Of a stretch of DNA of 64,000 bases, positions 30,065 through 39,800 are shown piece by piece; positions within the stretch are counted from its first letter, which is position 1; each line of letters begins with the position of its first letter. The notes under the pieces were generated by a model that saw only the letters and a list, made by a program, of their open reading frames with translations, searched no databases and was not told the DNA's origin. The translations under genes and the position numbers were made by a program. Source of the stretch: Candidatus Omnitrophota bacterium (GTDB taxonomy: Bacteria; Omnitrophota; Gorgyraeia; Gygaellales; Profunditerraquicolaceae); contig JBFZAN010000075.1 of assembly GCA_041309005.1 (NCBI GenBank), positions 1,621 through 65,620 on the forward strand. Direction: 5' to 3'.

Positions 30065-30936
30065 TGAGCCTGCGCAGCGTAAAAGAGTTTGCCATAGAAA
30101 AGTTCATTTTCCTGAGCGGGATCGCCTCCATCGTGTTCGTGGTCCTCATATTCGGCTTCCTGCTTAAGGAAGGTTTTTCTTTTTTTAAAGAAATAGGGCT
30201 GGGCAGTTTCTTGGGAGGGAGGTTCTGGTACCCCATTTCCGACCCGCCGAGATTCGGCATATTGCCCCTGATATTGGGTTCGCTTTTCGTTACCGCGGGG
30301 GCGGTCGCGTTCTCCGTGCCTTTAAGCATTGCCGCCGCGTTCTACATTTCCGAAGTCGCGCCCCATAAGATCAAGGACGTGTTAAAGGCAGGCATTGAAA
30401 TGCTCGCCGCGATCCCCTCGGTAGTGCTGGGTTTTATCGGCATGGTGACGCTGGTGCCCTGGGTGAAAAAGATATTCGGCCTTCCCACCGGGCTGACCGC
30501 GCTTACCGGCTCCATCATGCTCGGCCTCATGGCAATGCCTACCATCATCAGCATCTCCGAGGACGCCATCAACGCGGTGCCGAAGTCGTATAAGGAAGGC
30601 GCGCTCGCCCTGGGGGCGACGCGCTGGCAGGCGATGTACCGCGTCGTCATATTCGCGGCGCTCCCCGGCATCATCGCCGCCTCGATGCTGGGGATAGGCA
30701 GGGTAATAGGGGAGACCATGGCGGTGATGATGATCACCGGCAACGCCGCCGTCATACCGCATACCTTCCTTCAGCCGGTGCGCACCCTCACCGCGACCAT
30801 CGCCGCGGAGATGGGGGAGACCGTGCACGGGAGCCTGCATTATTATTCCTTATTCGCCATAGGCATGGTGCTGTTTGCGATAAGCTTCATCATCAATATT
30901 ACCGCCGATATGTTTCTGCACAGGAACAGGAAATAA
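30064..30936 (+). CDS. pstC: Phosphate ABC transporter permease
   Basis: Start corrected to ATG 30064. ABC TM1 EAA-like loop (SEDAINAVPKSYKEGALALGATRWQ). Confidence 0.8.
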   Translation: MSLRSVKEFAIEKFIFLSGIASIVFVVLIFGFLLKEGFSFFKEIGLGSFLGGRFWYPISDPPRFGILPLILGSLFVTAGAVAFSVPLSIAAAFYISEVAPHKIKDVLKAGIEMLAAIPSVVLGFIGMVTLVPWVKKIFGLPTGLTALTGSIMLGLMAMPTIISISEDAINAVPKSYKEGALALGATRWQAMYRVVIFAALPGIIAASMLGIGRVIGETMAVMMITGNAAVIPHTFLQPVRTLTATIAAEMGETVHGSLHYYSLFAIGMVLFAISFIINITADMFLHRNRK

Positions 30937-31781
30937 TGAAGACCACGACTAAAGAACGTATCGCCTTCGGGGCGCTGTTTTTCTGCACCGTGATCATCGT
31001 GCTGCCGGTGTTGTTCGTGCTGTTCGTCGTGGTCAAGAACGGCTGGCGCGCGATCAACTGGCAGTTCTTGAGCGCCATGCCTTCTAACGGCATGCGGGCG
31101 GGCGGGATTTATCCCGCGATCATGGGGACCGTGTATCTGGTTTCGCTCTCGATCTTGTTTTCCCTGCCCGTAGGGCTGTGCGCGGCCATATACCTTAATG
31201 AATACGCCAGGGAAAACTCTCTCACGCGCCTTATCCGCCTGGCGATCGTCAACCTGGCGGGCGTTTCCTCCGTGGTCTACGGCCTCTTCGGCCTGGCGCT
31301 CTTCGTGACGTTTTTGAAGTTCGGCGTTTCCATCCTTTCGGGCGCGCTGACGCTGGCCATCATGAACCTTCCCGTGATCATTACCGCTTCCACCGAAGCG
31401 CTGGCAAGCGTGCCGTATTCGTTCAGGGAAGTGAGCCTTTCTCTGGGGGCGAGCCGCTGGCAGACTATCAGGTACGCGGTACTGCCGTTCGCCATCCCCG
31501 GCATCCTTACCGGCGCGATCTTAAGCCTCGCCAGGGCCGCGGGGGAGACCGCGCCTATCCTGTTTACCGTGGCGGCGTTCTATTTGCCTAACCTGCCTCA
31601 TTCGGTGTTCGACCAGGCAATGGCGCTGCCGTACCATTTGTATATCATTTCCACGCAGATACCCAATATTTCCCAGGAAACGCGTTACGGCACCGCGCTG
31701 GTCCTGGTCGGGATAGTCTTCAGCATGAATATCGTCGCCGTGGTCATACGCGCCAAATTCAGGAAGAGGAAGAAATGGTAG
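30936..31781 (+). CDS. pstA: Phosphate ABC transporter permease
   Basis: ASTEALASVPYSFREVSLSLGASRWQ EAA loop. Follows pstC with ATGA overlap. Confidence 0.8.
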   Translation: MKTTTKERIAFGALFFCTVIIVLPVLFVLFVVVKNGWRAINWQFLSAMPSNGMRAGGIYPAIMGTVYLVSLSILFSLPVGLCAAIYLNEYARENSLTRLIRLAIVNLAGVSSVVYGLFGLALFVTFLKFGVSILSGALTLAIMNLPVIITASTEALASVPYSFREVSLSLGASRWQTIRYAVLPFAIPGILTGAILSLARAAGETAPILFTVAAFYLPNLPHSVFDQAMALPYHLYIISTQIPNISQETRYGTALVLVGIVFSMNIVAVVIRAKFRKRKKW

Positions 31782-32530
31782 GAGCCGCCAAGATAAAAGC
31801 GATCAACCTGAATATCTGGTTCGGCAGGATACATTCCGTCAAAGAGGTCAGCATTGAAATTGCCGAAAACGAGATCCTGGGGATCATCGGCCCCGCCAAC
31901 AGCGGCAAGACTTCTTTCCTGAGGGAACTTAACAGGCTCAACGACCTGGAAGCCGGGTTCAGGGCCGCGGGCACGGTCCTGTTGGGCGGCAGGAATATCC
32001 GCTCCATAAAGCAGGAGATCTTAAGGAAAAGGGTGGGCATGATCTTCGCGCTGCCCCAGGTATTGCCCCTGTCGATATATGACAATGTCGCCTACGGCCC
32101 GCGCATGCACAATATCAGGTCAAAACGCGTCCTGGACGGCCTCGTGGAAGAGTCGCTGAAAGCGTCGTTTCTCTGGGAAGAGGTAAAAGACAGGCTCACC
32201 GAAAGCGCGATGAAGCTCTCCGGCGGCCAGCAGCAGCGCCTCTGTATTTCCCGCACGCTCGCGGTAAAGCCGGAAGTCATCCTCTTCGACGAACCATGCT
32301 CCGGCCTTGACCCGATCTCAACCGCGAAAGTGGAAGAGTCGATGTTGAAGCTTAAGGAGAAACACACGCTGGTCCTGGTCACCAATAACACCAAGCAGGC
32401 CGCGCGCGTAAGCGGCAGGACCGCCTTCTTTTTGATGGGGGAGCTCATCGAAATAGACAAGACCGAGAAGATATTTACCGCCCCCGCCGATAAGCGCACG
32501 GAAGATTACATACTCGGGAAATTCGGCTGA
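31775..32530 (+). CDS. pstB: Phosphate import ATP-binding protein
   Basis: Walker [23 protein letters not shown]. Walker [13 protein letters not shown]. PstB-type C-terminus ([12 protein letters not shown]). Confidence 0.85.
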   Translation: MVGAAKIKAINLNIWFGRIHSVKEVSIEIAENEILGIIGPANSGKTSFLRELNRLNDLEAGFRAAGTVLLGGRNIRSIKQEILRKRVGMIFALPQVLPLSIYDNVAYGPRMHNIRSKRVLDGLVEESLKASFLWEEVKDRLTESAMKLSGGQQQRLCISRTLAVKPEVILFDEPCSGLDPISTAKVEESMLKLKEKHTLVLVTNNTKQAARVSGRTAFFLMGELIEIDKTEKIFTAPADKRTEDYILGKFG

Positions 32531-32535
32531 TACCT

Positions 32536-33291
32536 ATGGCGCAGATAATAACCAGGAACCTTAACCTCTGGTATTCTGATTTTCAGGCCTTAAAAGGCGT
32601 GACCGCCGGCATCGAAGAGCGCAGGATCACCGCGATCATCGGCCCTTCCGGCTGCGGGAAGTCAACGCTCTTAAGGGTCTTTAACCGCATGAACGACCTC
32701 ATAGAAGGGGTGCGCGTGGAGGGAGAGGTCCTGGTGGACAATGAGTCTATTTTCGGGGGGACTTTCGATAAATTAGTGTATTTACGCAAGAAGGTGGGCA
32801 TGGTGTTCCAGAGGCCCAACCCTTTTCCGCTTTCCGTGTACGATAACATTATTTTCGGCTTGCGGGTGCACCACCTCGCCAGGAAGGGCGATTTCGACGA
32901 TATCGTGCGCAGGAGCCTTGAATCGGTGCTTTTGTGGGACGACCTGAAGGACAGGCTGCACAAGAACGCGCTCTCGCTGTCGCTTGAGCAGAAGCAGAGG
33001 CTGTGCATCGCAAGGACCATCGCGGTGCAGCCGGAGATAGTGCTGATGGATGAGCCCTGCTCGGCGCTCGACCCCCAGGCAACCGCTCAAATAGAAGAAT
33101 TGATGCGCGGGCTCAAGAAAAGCTATACTATAGTAATAGTGACCCACAACATGCAGCAGGCGGCGCGCGTCTCTGAAGATACCGGCTTTATGCTGCTGGG
33201 CGAGCTGGTAGAATTCGGCAAGACCCAGGATATTTTTACCACGCCCAAAGACAAGCGCACGGAAGAGTATATTACGGGGAGGTATGGGTAA
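32536..33291 (+). CDS. pstB: Phosphate import ATP-binding protein, second tandem paralog
   Basis: Walker [36 protein letters not shown]-terminal [12 protein letters not shown]. Confidence 0.85.
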   Translation: MAQIITRNLNLWYSDFQALKGVTAGIEERRITAIIGPSGCGKSTLLRVFNRMNDLIEGVRVEGEVLVDNESIFGGTFDKLVYLRKKVGMVFQRPNPFPLSVYDNIIFGLRVHHLARKGDFDDIVRRSLESVLLWDDLKDRLHKNALSLSLEQKQRLCIARTIAVQPEIVLMDEPCSALDPQATAQIEELMRGLKKSYTIVIVTHNMQQAARVSEDTGFMLLGELVEFGKTQDIFTTPKDKRTEEYITGRYG

Positions 33292-33432
33292 AATTTCGCT
33301 AGATAAAAACAGTAGGTGCTCAATAAGGGGGTCGCTCCGGCTCGTAAGCCGCATTGAAATTTCCTCCGCTTCGCTGCGAAAATTTCAACGCACTCGCCGG
33401 AGTCTCCCTAAATAAAAATGTGAGGTGGTCGA

Positions 33433-34113
33433 ATGGAGAGGCATTTAGACGAAGAGTTGAAGGAGCTGCATAAGGATATTTTGCGGATGGCGGTGATGGC
33501 GCAGGAGGCGATCTTTAAATCGGTCGAGTCTCTGAAAGAGCGCGACAGAGCAAGCGCCCTTGAAGTGATCAACACGGACGATAAGATAGACGAGTTGGAG
33601 CTTCAAATAGACGAAAAGTGCATTGACCTCATCGCCCGCTACCAGCCCATGGCAAAGGACTTGCGTTTCATCACCACCGGCATGAAGATAAACTCCGAGC
33701 TTGAGCGTATCGCCGACCTCGCCGTGGATATCTCCCAGAGGGTGCTTGAGCTGGTGGATAAGCCGCTCTTAAAGCCCCTGATTGACATACCTAAATTATC
33801 GGTCGTTGCCCAGAACATGGTGCGCGATTCCATTGACGCCTTCGTAAACCGCGACGTGGAGCTCGCCAAGAAAGTGGTGCTTTCGGATTCCGAAGCGGAC
33901 AAGCTGCGTAACCTGGTGCAGGACGAACTGATCAACGACTACATGGCAAAGGACCCTAAGTCCGCGGACCGGGCGGTCCAGCTGCTTTTGATCTCCCGCC
34001 ACCTGGAGCGTATCTGCGACCATACCACCAATATCGCCGAAGACGTCGTATATATGGTCGAAGGCAAGGTGGTTAAACATCATCCTGAAGAACTGGGTGG
34101 CTTCCCAAAGTAG
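33433..34113 (+). CDS. phoU: Phosphate signalling complex protein PhoU
   Basis: Two PhoU repeats (ARYQPMAKDLRFI...ELERIAD and ISRHLERICDHTTNIAE). Confidence 0.8.
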   Translation: MERHLDEELKELHKDILRMAVMAQEAIFKSVESLKERDRASALEVINTDDKIDELELQIDEKCIDLIARYQPMAKDLRFITTGMKINSELERIADLAVDISQRVLELVDKPLLKPLIDIPKLSVVAQNMVRDSIDAFVNRDVELAKKVVLSDSEADKLRNLVQDELINDYMAKDPKSADRAVQLLLISRHLERICDHTTNIAEDVVYMVEGKVVKHHPEELGGFPK

Positions 34114-34211
34114 AAAAAAGTCAGAAAAAAGAGTGATAAGCCTATGTACGTATTGCTGATAAAATCGTATAATATTTGTTAATCTTGTAATTTATAATCA
34201 GAGGAGCACGT

Positions 34212-35267
34212 ATGTTTCGTAACCTGTCTATCCCGGTCGAGCTGTTGCTTGAGTACATGATACCCTCGGGTATTTTTATCGCTACCCTGATAGCCGGTCT
34301 TATCTTACGCAAGGTTATCTTTACCCGGGTCGCCAAATGGGCGGAACATACGAAAGGCCAGGTCGATGATATCATCCTTGAGGCGATAAAAAGCCCGTTC
34401 GTGATCTGGTTCGTGATACTCGGCATCTATTTCGCGCTGGAATCCTCGAAGCTGCCCCAGAACGTTGTCGCGATCGCCAACAAGCTTTTGCTGGTGCTGG
34501 GCGTTTTCTCCATCACGCTGGTCCTGGCCAACATTTCCAGCAGGTTGATAAAAGTGTATTCCTCCAGGGTTGAGTCTGCGCTGCCGGTCACCTCCCTTAC
34601 CCAGAACATAAGCCGCATCATCGTCTTCTCGATAGGCATCCTTATCATCCTGAACAGCTTAGGGATATCCATTACGCCCATCCTGGCAACGCTTGGCGTG
34701 GGGGGGCTTGCGGTCGCCCTGGCGCTGCAGGACACCCTTTCGAACCTCTTCTCCGGCTTTCACATTACCATCGCCAGGCAGATCAGGATCGGCGATTACG
34801 TGAAACTGGACACCGGCGAAGAAGGCTATGTCACCGACATCAACTGGCGCACTACCAAGATCCGCATGCTGCCCAATAACGTCGTGCTGGTGCCCAATGA
34901 AAAGCTGACCAAGGCCATCGTCACCAATTATTATCTGCCTGACAAGGAAATGGCCGTGCTGGTGGATATCGGAGTGCATTATAACAGCGACCTTAAAAAA
35001 GTGGAAAAAGTGACCTGCGACGTGGCAAAGCAGGTGATGAAAGAGGTGCAGGGAGGCGTGGCAGAATTCGATCCCTTCATCCGCTACCACACCTTCGCCG
35101 ACTTCAGCGTCAATTTCACGGTCATCCTTAGGGCGAAAGAATTCGTGGACCAGTACCTCATCAAGCACGAATTCGTCAAGCGCCTGCACGAGCGCTACGC
35201 GAAAGAAGGCATCAATATACCGTATCCGATACGGGCGATCAATTACGAACAGGAAAAAGCGGCATAA
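34212..35267 (+). CDS. Mechanosensitive ion channel, MscS family
   Basis: TM3-like GLAVALALQDTLSNLFSG followed by the beta domain (IGDYVKLDTGEEGYVTDINWRTTKI). Confidence 0.75.
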   Translation: MFRNLSIPVELLLEYMIPSGIFIATLIAGLILRKVIFTRVAKWAEHTKGQVDDIILEAIKSPFVIWFVILGIYFALESSKLPQNVVAIANKLLLVLGVFSITLVLANISSRLIKVYSSRVESALPVTSLTQNISRIIVFSIGILIILNSLGISITPILATLGVGGLAVALALQDTLSNLFSGFHITIARQIRIGDYVKLDTGEEGYVTDINWRTTKIRMLPNNVVLVPNEKLTKAIVTNYYLPDKEMAVLVDIGVHYNSDLKKVEKVTCDVAKQVMKEVQGGVAEFDPFIRYHTFADFSVNFTVILRAKEFVDQYLIKHEFVKRLHERYAKEGINIPYPIRAINYEQEKAA

Positions 35268-35283
35268 CAATAAAGGAATCCGT

Positions 35284-36762
35284 ATGTGGACTAAGCAAGA
35301 CCTGCAAAAGTTGATCCAGGACAAAATGGGCGATTATCTGTTTATCGTCGTCTCTAACAGGGAGCCGTATGTCCACGTGTTCAAGAAGGGCCAGGTCATC
35401 TGCCAGCGGGGCGCGGGAGGCGTGATCACCGCCTTAGACCCGGTGATGCAGGCCTGTCACGGCACCTGGGTCGCCTATGGCAGCGGCGATGCGGACCGCA
35501 AAGTCAGCGACAGCCATGGCAAGATAAAGGTCCCTCCGCAGGACCCCGCCTATACCTTAAAAAGGGTCTGGCTCACCAAGGAAGAAGAGAACGGTTATTA
35601 TTACGGCTACTCCAACGAAGCATTATGGCCGTTATGCCACATGGCGTTCCAGAGGCCCACGTTCAGGACGCAGGACTGGAAAACGTACGTGGAGGTAAAT
35701 AAAAAATTCGCCAGGGCGGTTATTGAAGAGGTGGGCGATAAAAAAGCGTTCATCTGGATACAGGATTATCACCTCTGTCTCCTGCCGGCGTATTTAAAGG
35801 AAATGGCGCCCAACCAGCTGATCGTGGCCCACTTCTGGCATATACCCTGGCCGAATTACGAGACTTTCAGGATATGCCCCCAGAAAAAAGAGATCCTTGA
35901 GGGGCTGCTTTCAAACGACCTTTTGGGCTTCCATATACGGTATCACTGCGACAACTTCATTGATTCCATAGACCGCGAGATAGAAAGCAAGATAGACCGG
36001 GAGCGTTTTTCGGTGGTCCGCGCCGGCCATGAGACCCTGGTAAGGCCGTATCCTATCAGCGTTGATTTCGAGAGCATCAATGAGGCTTCTTCCTCTCCTG
36101 CCGTGAGCGAAGCGCAACAGTCGCTTGAGATGGAATTCGGCCTCTCGGGATTAAGGGTATTGCTTGGCCTTGACCGCATTGACTATACCAAAGGTATTCC
36201 CGAAAGGCTCCTGGCGGTTGAGCGGCTGTTTGAGAAGCACCCGGAGTTAAAAGAAAAGGTCGTGTTCCTGCAAATGGGAGAGATAAGCCGGCTGCACATA
36301 CCCAAATATAAGGCGCTTAACGACGAGATCAACGCCCTGGTAGAGAACATCAACTGGAAGTATTCTACCGACGGATGGAAGCCGGTCATTCTGGTCCGCA
36401 GGCATATGTCTTTTACGGAAATCCTGGCTTTTTACCGTTTGGGCGAGGCTTGCATCGTAAGTTCATTGCATGACGGCATGAACCTGGTAGCCAAGGAATT
36501 CCTTTCCAGCCGCTGCGACGAAAAAGGCATGCTTGTCTTAAGCCAGTTCACCGGCGCTTCAAGGGAGCTGACTGACGCGGTCCTGGTCAACCCCTATGAC
36601 CGGGAGGAATTCAGCGAGGGCATATATACCGCGCTTACCTTGCCTGAAGAAGAGCGCTCAAAGCGCATGGCGAAGATGAGGGAGATCGTTAAGAACCAAA
36701 ACATTTTCCGCTGGGCCGGCAAGGTTATTTCTGAACTTTTGAAATTCGAATTCAAAGAGTAG
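35284..36762 (+). CDS. otsA: Alpha,alpha-trehalose-phosphate synthase (GT20)
   Basis: GT20 motifs VVSNREP, GGV.TAL, WIQDYHL, LLGFH. Confidence 0.8.
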   Translation: MWTKQDLQKLIQDKMGDYLFIVVSNREPYVHVFKKGQVICQRGAGGVITALDPVMQACHGTWVAYGSGDADRKVSDSHGKIKVPPQDPAYTLKRVWLTKEEENGYYYGYSNEALWPLCHMAFQRPTFRTQDWKTYVEVNKKFARAVIEEVGDKKAFIWIQDYHLCLLPAYLKEMAPNQLIVAHFWHIPWPNYETFRICPQKKEILEGLLSNDLLGFHIRYHCDNFIDSIDREIESKIDRERFSVVRAGHETLVRPYPISVDFESINEASSSPAVSEAQQSLEMEFGLSGLRVLLGLDRIDYTKGIPERLLAVERLFEKHPELKEKVVFLQMGEISRLHIPKYKALNDEINALVENINWKYSTDGWKPVILVRRHMSFTEILAFYRLGEACIVSSLHDGMNLVAKEFLSSRCDEKGMLVLSQFTGASRELTDAVLVNPYDREEFSEGIYTALTLPEEERSKRMAKMREIVKNQNIFRWAGKVISELLKFEFKE

Positions 36763-36780
36763 GCTCATCCGGGATATGCC

Positions 36781-37581
36781 ATGAAATACCTATTTGATTT
36801 TCCTGACCAGATCGCCAGGCTTGCGAAGAAGGATCGTATCTTCCTGTTCCTTGATTATGACGGGACGCTCGCCCCTATCGCGGATAGGCCTGAAAAAGCG
36901 CTGATGGCGCCAAAGACAAGGGCGGTATTGTCCCGGATAAGCCTGGACCCGAGGTTCAAGCTCGCGATCATCACCGGCAGGTCCCTGAAGGATATTAAGA
37001 AGCTCGTCGCCATAAAGGATATCATTTACGCGGGCAATCACGGCCTTGAGATAGAGGGGCCAAAGCTCCGTTTTAAGCCCGTGGTCGCTGCCGGCTACAG
37101 GGAGCTTATCGGCAGGATAAAAGAAGACCTGCGCGGCAAAACCGCAGGGATCAAAGGCGTCTTCATAGAAGACAAGGGCCTGTCCTTGAGTTTTCATTAC
37201 CGCCTGGTGGACAAAAAAGAGGTAGCGAAGGCCAAGACGATCTTTCACGAAGCGGTGATCGTGCACCTGGTAAGAAACAAGATTAAGATAAAGACAGGCA
37301 AGATGGTGCTGGAAGTAAGCCCTCCGGTGGCCTGGGACAAGGGCAAGATCGTCCTCTGGCTTTTAGCGAGGCAGCTTTTTAAACGGTCCGGGAAAGAAGC
37401 GTTTCCCGTCTATATTGGAGACGATGTGACGGATGAAGACGCGTTCAAGGCCTTAAGGCACAGAGGTTTGACTGTTTTTGTGGGTGAGCCGAAGGAATCG
37501 GGCGCTTTGTATTATGTGAAGGACTGCCGGGAAGTGGTGAAATTCCTGGAGATGATTTCTCAACCTGTACAGGAAAGATGA
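36781..37581 (+). CDS. otsB: Trehalose-6-phosphate phosphatase (HAD)
   Basis: HAD motif I LFLDYDGTL. Motif III/IV YIGDDVTDEDAF. Confidence 0.75.
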   Translation: MKYLFDFPDQIARLAKKDRIFLFLDYDGTLAPIADRPEKALMAPKTRAVLSRISLDPRFKLAIITGRSLKDIKKLVAIKDIIYAGNHGLEIEGPKLRFKPVVAAGYRELIGRIKEDLRGKTAGIKGVFIEDKGLSLSFHYRLVDKKEVAKAKTIFHEAVIVHLVRNKIKIKTGKMVLEVSPPVAWDKGKIVLWLLARQLFKRSGKEAFPVYIGDDVTDEDAFKALRHRGLTVFVGEPKESGALYYVKDCREVVKFLEMISQPVQER

Positions 37582-38240
37582 CGAAGGCGAAAGAACCGTT
37601 CAGGTTTTATACGAGGCTTAACTTATCGGAATTGACAGGCCTGCGGGCTGCGACCCTGGCCCAGCTCCTGGACCTTATCAGGACCGTGCCGGGCTCATCC
37701 ATTTACCACCATACCCATAGGTTCCTGCAGCAGCACCAGTTCCTATCGCCCGAGCCTCCCAATGATTTCGCCTACTGGGTCAGCGAGGCGCTGGGAGAGG
37801 ATGAGCTCGCAGAGAGGCTGGTCAGCATCGATACCATGCAGTATCCGGCCATACGGGGCTTAAGAGACAAGATCGCCCGGACCATAGAAGATTACCTCAA
37901 CAACAATCCTTTGTCTAAATTGCGCTTTGCGCGCTCCGGAGAAGAATTCCATTTCATCAAATCGATAAGCTTTGTCCTGCCGACCAATTACGTCGCGGAT
38001 GACCTGCGCAGTTTCGCCGAGATCATGAAGAAGGTGACCATAGAATCGATATATTTCCATATTTTTGAAGCGCGCTTAAGGCTTGAGAAACAAACGAACG
38101 ATTTTTCAAACTGGATAGAGACGTCGCTGGGGGACAAGCAGTTGGCGGATGAGATCTCAAGCCTCGACCCCTATACGCGGACTCTCGACGGCTTGAGGAG
38201 AACGATCATAAAGAAAGCCGAAAGAAGGATCGCGGTTTAA
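37578..38240 (+). CDS. Hypothetical protein with internal duplication, embedded in the trehalose cluster
   Basis: Two related halves (FAYWVSEALGEDELAERLVSIDTMQYPAIRGLRDKIARTIEDYL / FSNWIETSLGDKQLADEISSLDPYTRTLDGLRRTIIKKAER). ATGA coupling to otsB. Confidence 0.35.
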   Translation: MTKAKEPFRFYTRLNLSELTGLRAATLAQLLDLIRTVPGSSIYHHTHRFLQQHQFLSPEPPNDFAYWVSEALGEDELAERLVSIDTMQYPAIRGLRDKIARTIEDYLNNNPLSKLRFARSGEEFHFIKSISFVLPTNYVADDLRSFAEIMKKVTIESIYFHIFEARLRLEKQTNDFSNWIETSLGDKQLADEISSLDPYTRTLDGLRRTIIKKAERRIAV

Positions 38241-38241
38241 T

Positions 38242-39453
38242 ATGGCGAAGATAGAAGAATATATTCCGATAGTGGGGCAGTCAACCATCGACGATTTGCG
38301 CCTCCTGGCCGACAGGCTCAAAGGCAAAATCGTCCAGCATATCAACTCCACTGCCGTCGGAGGAGGGGTAGCCGAGATATTGAACTGCATGGTGCCTTTG
38401 CTTAAAGAAATGGGCATCGATACCAGGTGGGACCTGATCAAAGGAGGGGAGCAGTTCTTTGACGTGACCAAGAAGTTCCATAACGCCCTGCACGGAAGGC
38501 CCGAGGCGATCGCGGAGCGCGATTTCGAGGTCTTTATGGAGACAAGCCGCAAGAACATAGAAGAGGTAGCCATTACCGGCGACATAGTCTACGTGCATGA
38601 CCCCCAGCCTATCGCTTTGATAGAGAAGAAAAGCGATAATAAATGGCTCTGGCGCTGCCATATCGACGTATCGAACCCCAGCCAGAAGGTCTGGAACTTC
38701 CTGCTCGAGTACATCGTGAAATACGATTCCGCGGTGTTCTCTTCGCCTAACTTCGCGCAAAAACTGCCCATACGCCAATTCCTGATCTCGCCTTCCATCG
38801 ACCCTTTGAGCGACAAGAACAAGGAGCTTCCCGAGGAGGCTATCGACACGGTGTTAAGGAAATACGATATCCTCAAGGACAAGCCCATCATCACCCAGAT
38901 ATCCCGCTTTGACCGCCTCAAGGACCCTGTCGGCGTGATCGAGGCGTTCCTGCAGGTCAAGAAATACATAGACTGCCAGTTGATCCTGGCAGGCGGCACG
39001 GCGACCGATGACCCCGAGGGCGCGATGGTGCTTGAGGAAGTCAGGGAAAAGGCGAAGAAAGACAAGGATATCCATATCCTGTTGCTGCCCCAGAACGATA
39101 TCGAAGTCAACGCCCTGCAGAGGGCATCGACGGTGATCGTCCAGAAATCGCTTAAAGAAGGCTTTGGCCTGACCGTTTCCGAAGCGCTCTGGAAAGCCAA
39201 GCCCGTAGTCGCCTCGAATGTCGGCGGCATCCCTTTGCAGATAAAACATAAATTCTCCGGGCTCCTTTGCCATTCGATAGAGGGTGCCTCCTTCTCCATA
39301 AAACAACTGCTTAACAGCCCGGAATACGCCAGGAAACTGGGCGAGAACGGCCGGGAGCACGTCAAGAACAATTTCCTCCTTACGCGCCACCTGAAGGAGT
39401 ACATGCTGCTGTTCCTTTCCTTGTACAACACAGGCGACGTGGTCAGCTTATAA
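38242..39453 (+). CDS. GT4-family glycosyltransferase, possibly TreT-type trehalose glycosyltransferring synthase
   Basis: N-terminal INSTAVGGGVAEIL and C-terminal EGFGLTVSEALWKAKPVV (GT-B retaining fold). Size and context with otsAB. Confidence 0.5.
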   Translation: MAKIEEYIPIVGQSTIDDLRLLADRLKGKIVQHINSTAVGGGVAEILNCMVPLLKEMGIDTRWDLIKGGEQFFDVTKKFHNALHGRPEAIAERDFEVFMETSRKNIEEVAITGDIVYVHDPQPIALIEKKSDNKWLWRCHIDVSNPSQKVWNFLLEYIVKYDSAVFSSPNFAQKLPIRQFLISPSIDPLSDKNKELPEEAIDTVLRKYDILKDKPIITQISRFDRLKDPVGVIEAFLQVKKYIDCQLILAGGTATDDPEGAMVLEEVREKAKKDKDIHILLLPQNDIEVNALQRASTVIVQKSLKEGFGLTVSEALWKAKPVVASNVGGIPLQIKHKFSGLLCHSIEGASFSIKQLLNSPEYARKLGENGREHVKNNFLLTRHLKEYMLLFLSLYNTGDVVSL

Positions 39454-39478
39454 CGCGCCCGATACATACTGATTTTTC

Positions 39479-39511
39479 TTGACAAATAAAATTATATGAT
39501 TTATCATATAA
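39479..39511 (+). promoter_or_regulatory. Sigma70-like promoter (TTGACA-N17-TATCAT) overlapped by a perfect 9-2-9 inverted repeat, TTATATGAT-tt-ATCATATAA
   Basis: TTGACA at 39479-39484 and TATCAT at 39502-39507. Inverted repeat spans 39492-39511. ~40 nt upstream of the AbrB-like gene. Confidence 0.55.
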
Positions 39512-39547
39512 TTCATACATTTCATACAGGATTAAAGGAGGCTTCCC

Positions 39548-39790
39548 ATGCAGGCTATTTTTAAAGGCAAGGCGTACGGTTCGGTGACTATCGGGGAAAG
39601 GGGCCAGCTGGTGGTGCCGGCCGAGCTGCGCAAGGTATTGCGCATAAAGGCCGGCGACCAGGTAATGGTCTTCGCGCTTCCCGACAAAAAAGTGATCAGC
39701 CTTATGCCGGCAAAAGATTTCAGCCAGTTCCTGGAAAGGGCGGAGAAAGTTATTTCCAAATTAGAAACCAAAGTGCCTAAAAGAGGGTAA
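39548..39790 (+). CDS. AbrB/MazE/SpoVT-family DNA-binding protein
   Basis: Swapped-hairpin motif GERGQLVVPAELRKVLRIKAGDQVMV. RBS AAAGGAGG. Confidence 0.65.
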   Translation: MQAIFKGKAYGSVTIGERGQLVVPAELRKVLRIKAGDQVMVFALPDKKVISLMPAKDFSQFLERAEKVISKLETKVPKRG

Positions 39791-39800
39791 CTGTCTTGGT

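Noticed and set aside
33292-33432. Inverted repeat (GAAATTT...AAATTTC) between pstB2 and phoU as a possible regulatory element
   Set aside because: It is short, AT-rich, imperfect and without T-run, so it cannot be distinguished from chance in a 140-nt spacer. No Pho-box-like direct repeats were recognised.
38589-39485. Large minus-strand ORFs antisense to real genes (for example 38589-39485 298 aa, 42377-43402 341 aa, 53663-54892 409 aa, 62312-63643 443 aa)
   Set aside because: These fully overlap well-supported plus-strand genes (GT4, macB, ABC-F, ppx). Their products are low-complexity Arg/Gly/Ala/Pro-rich with no motifs, the expected stop-codon-poor antisense frames of GC-rich DNA.
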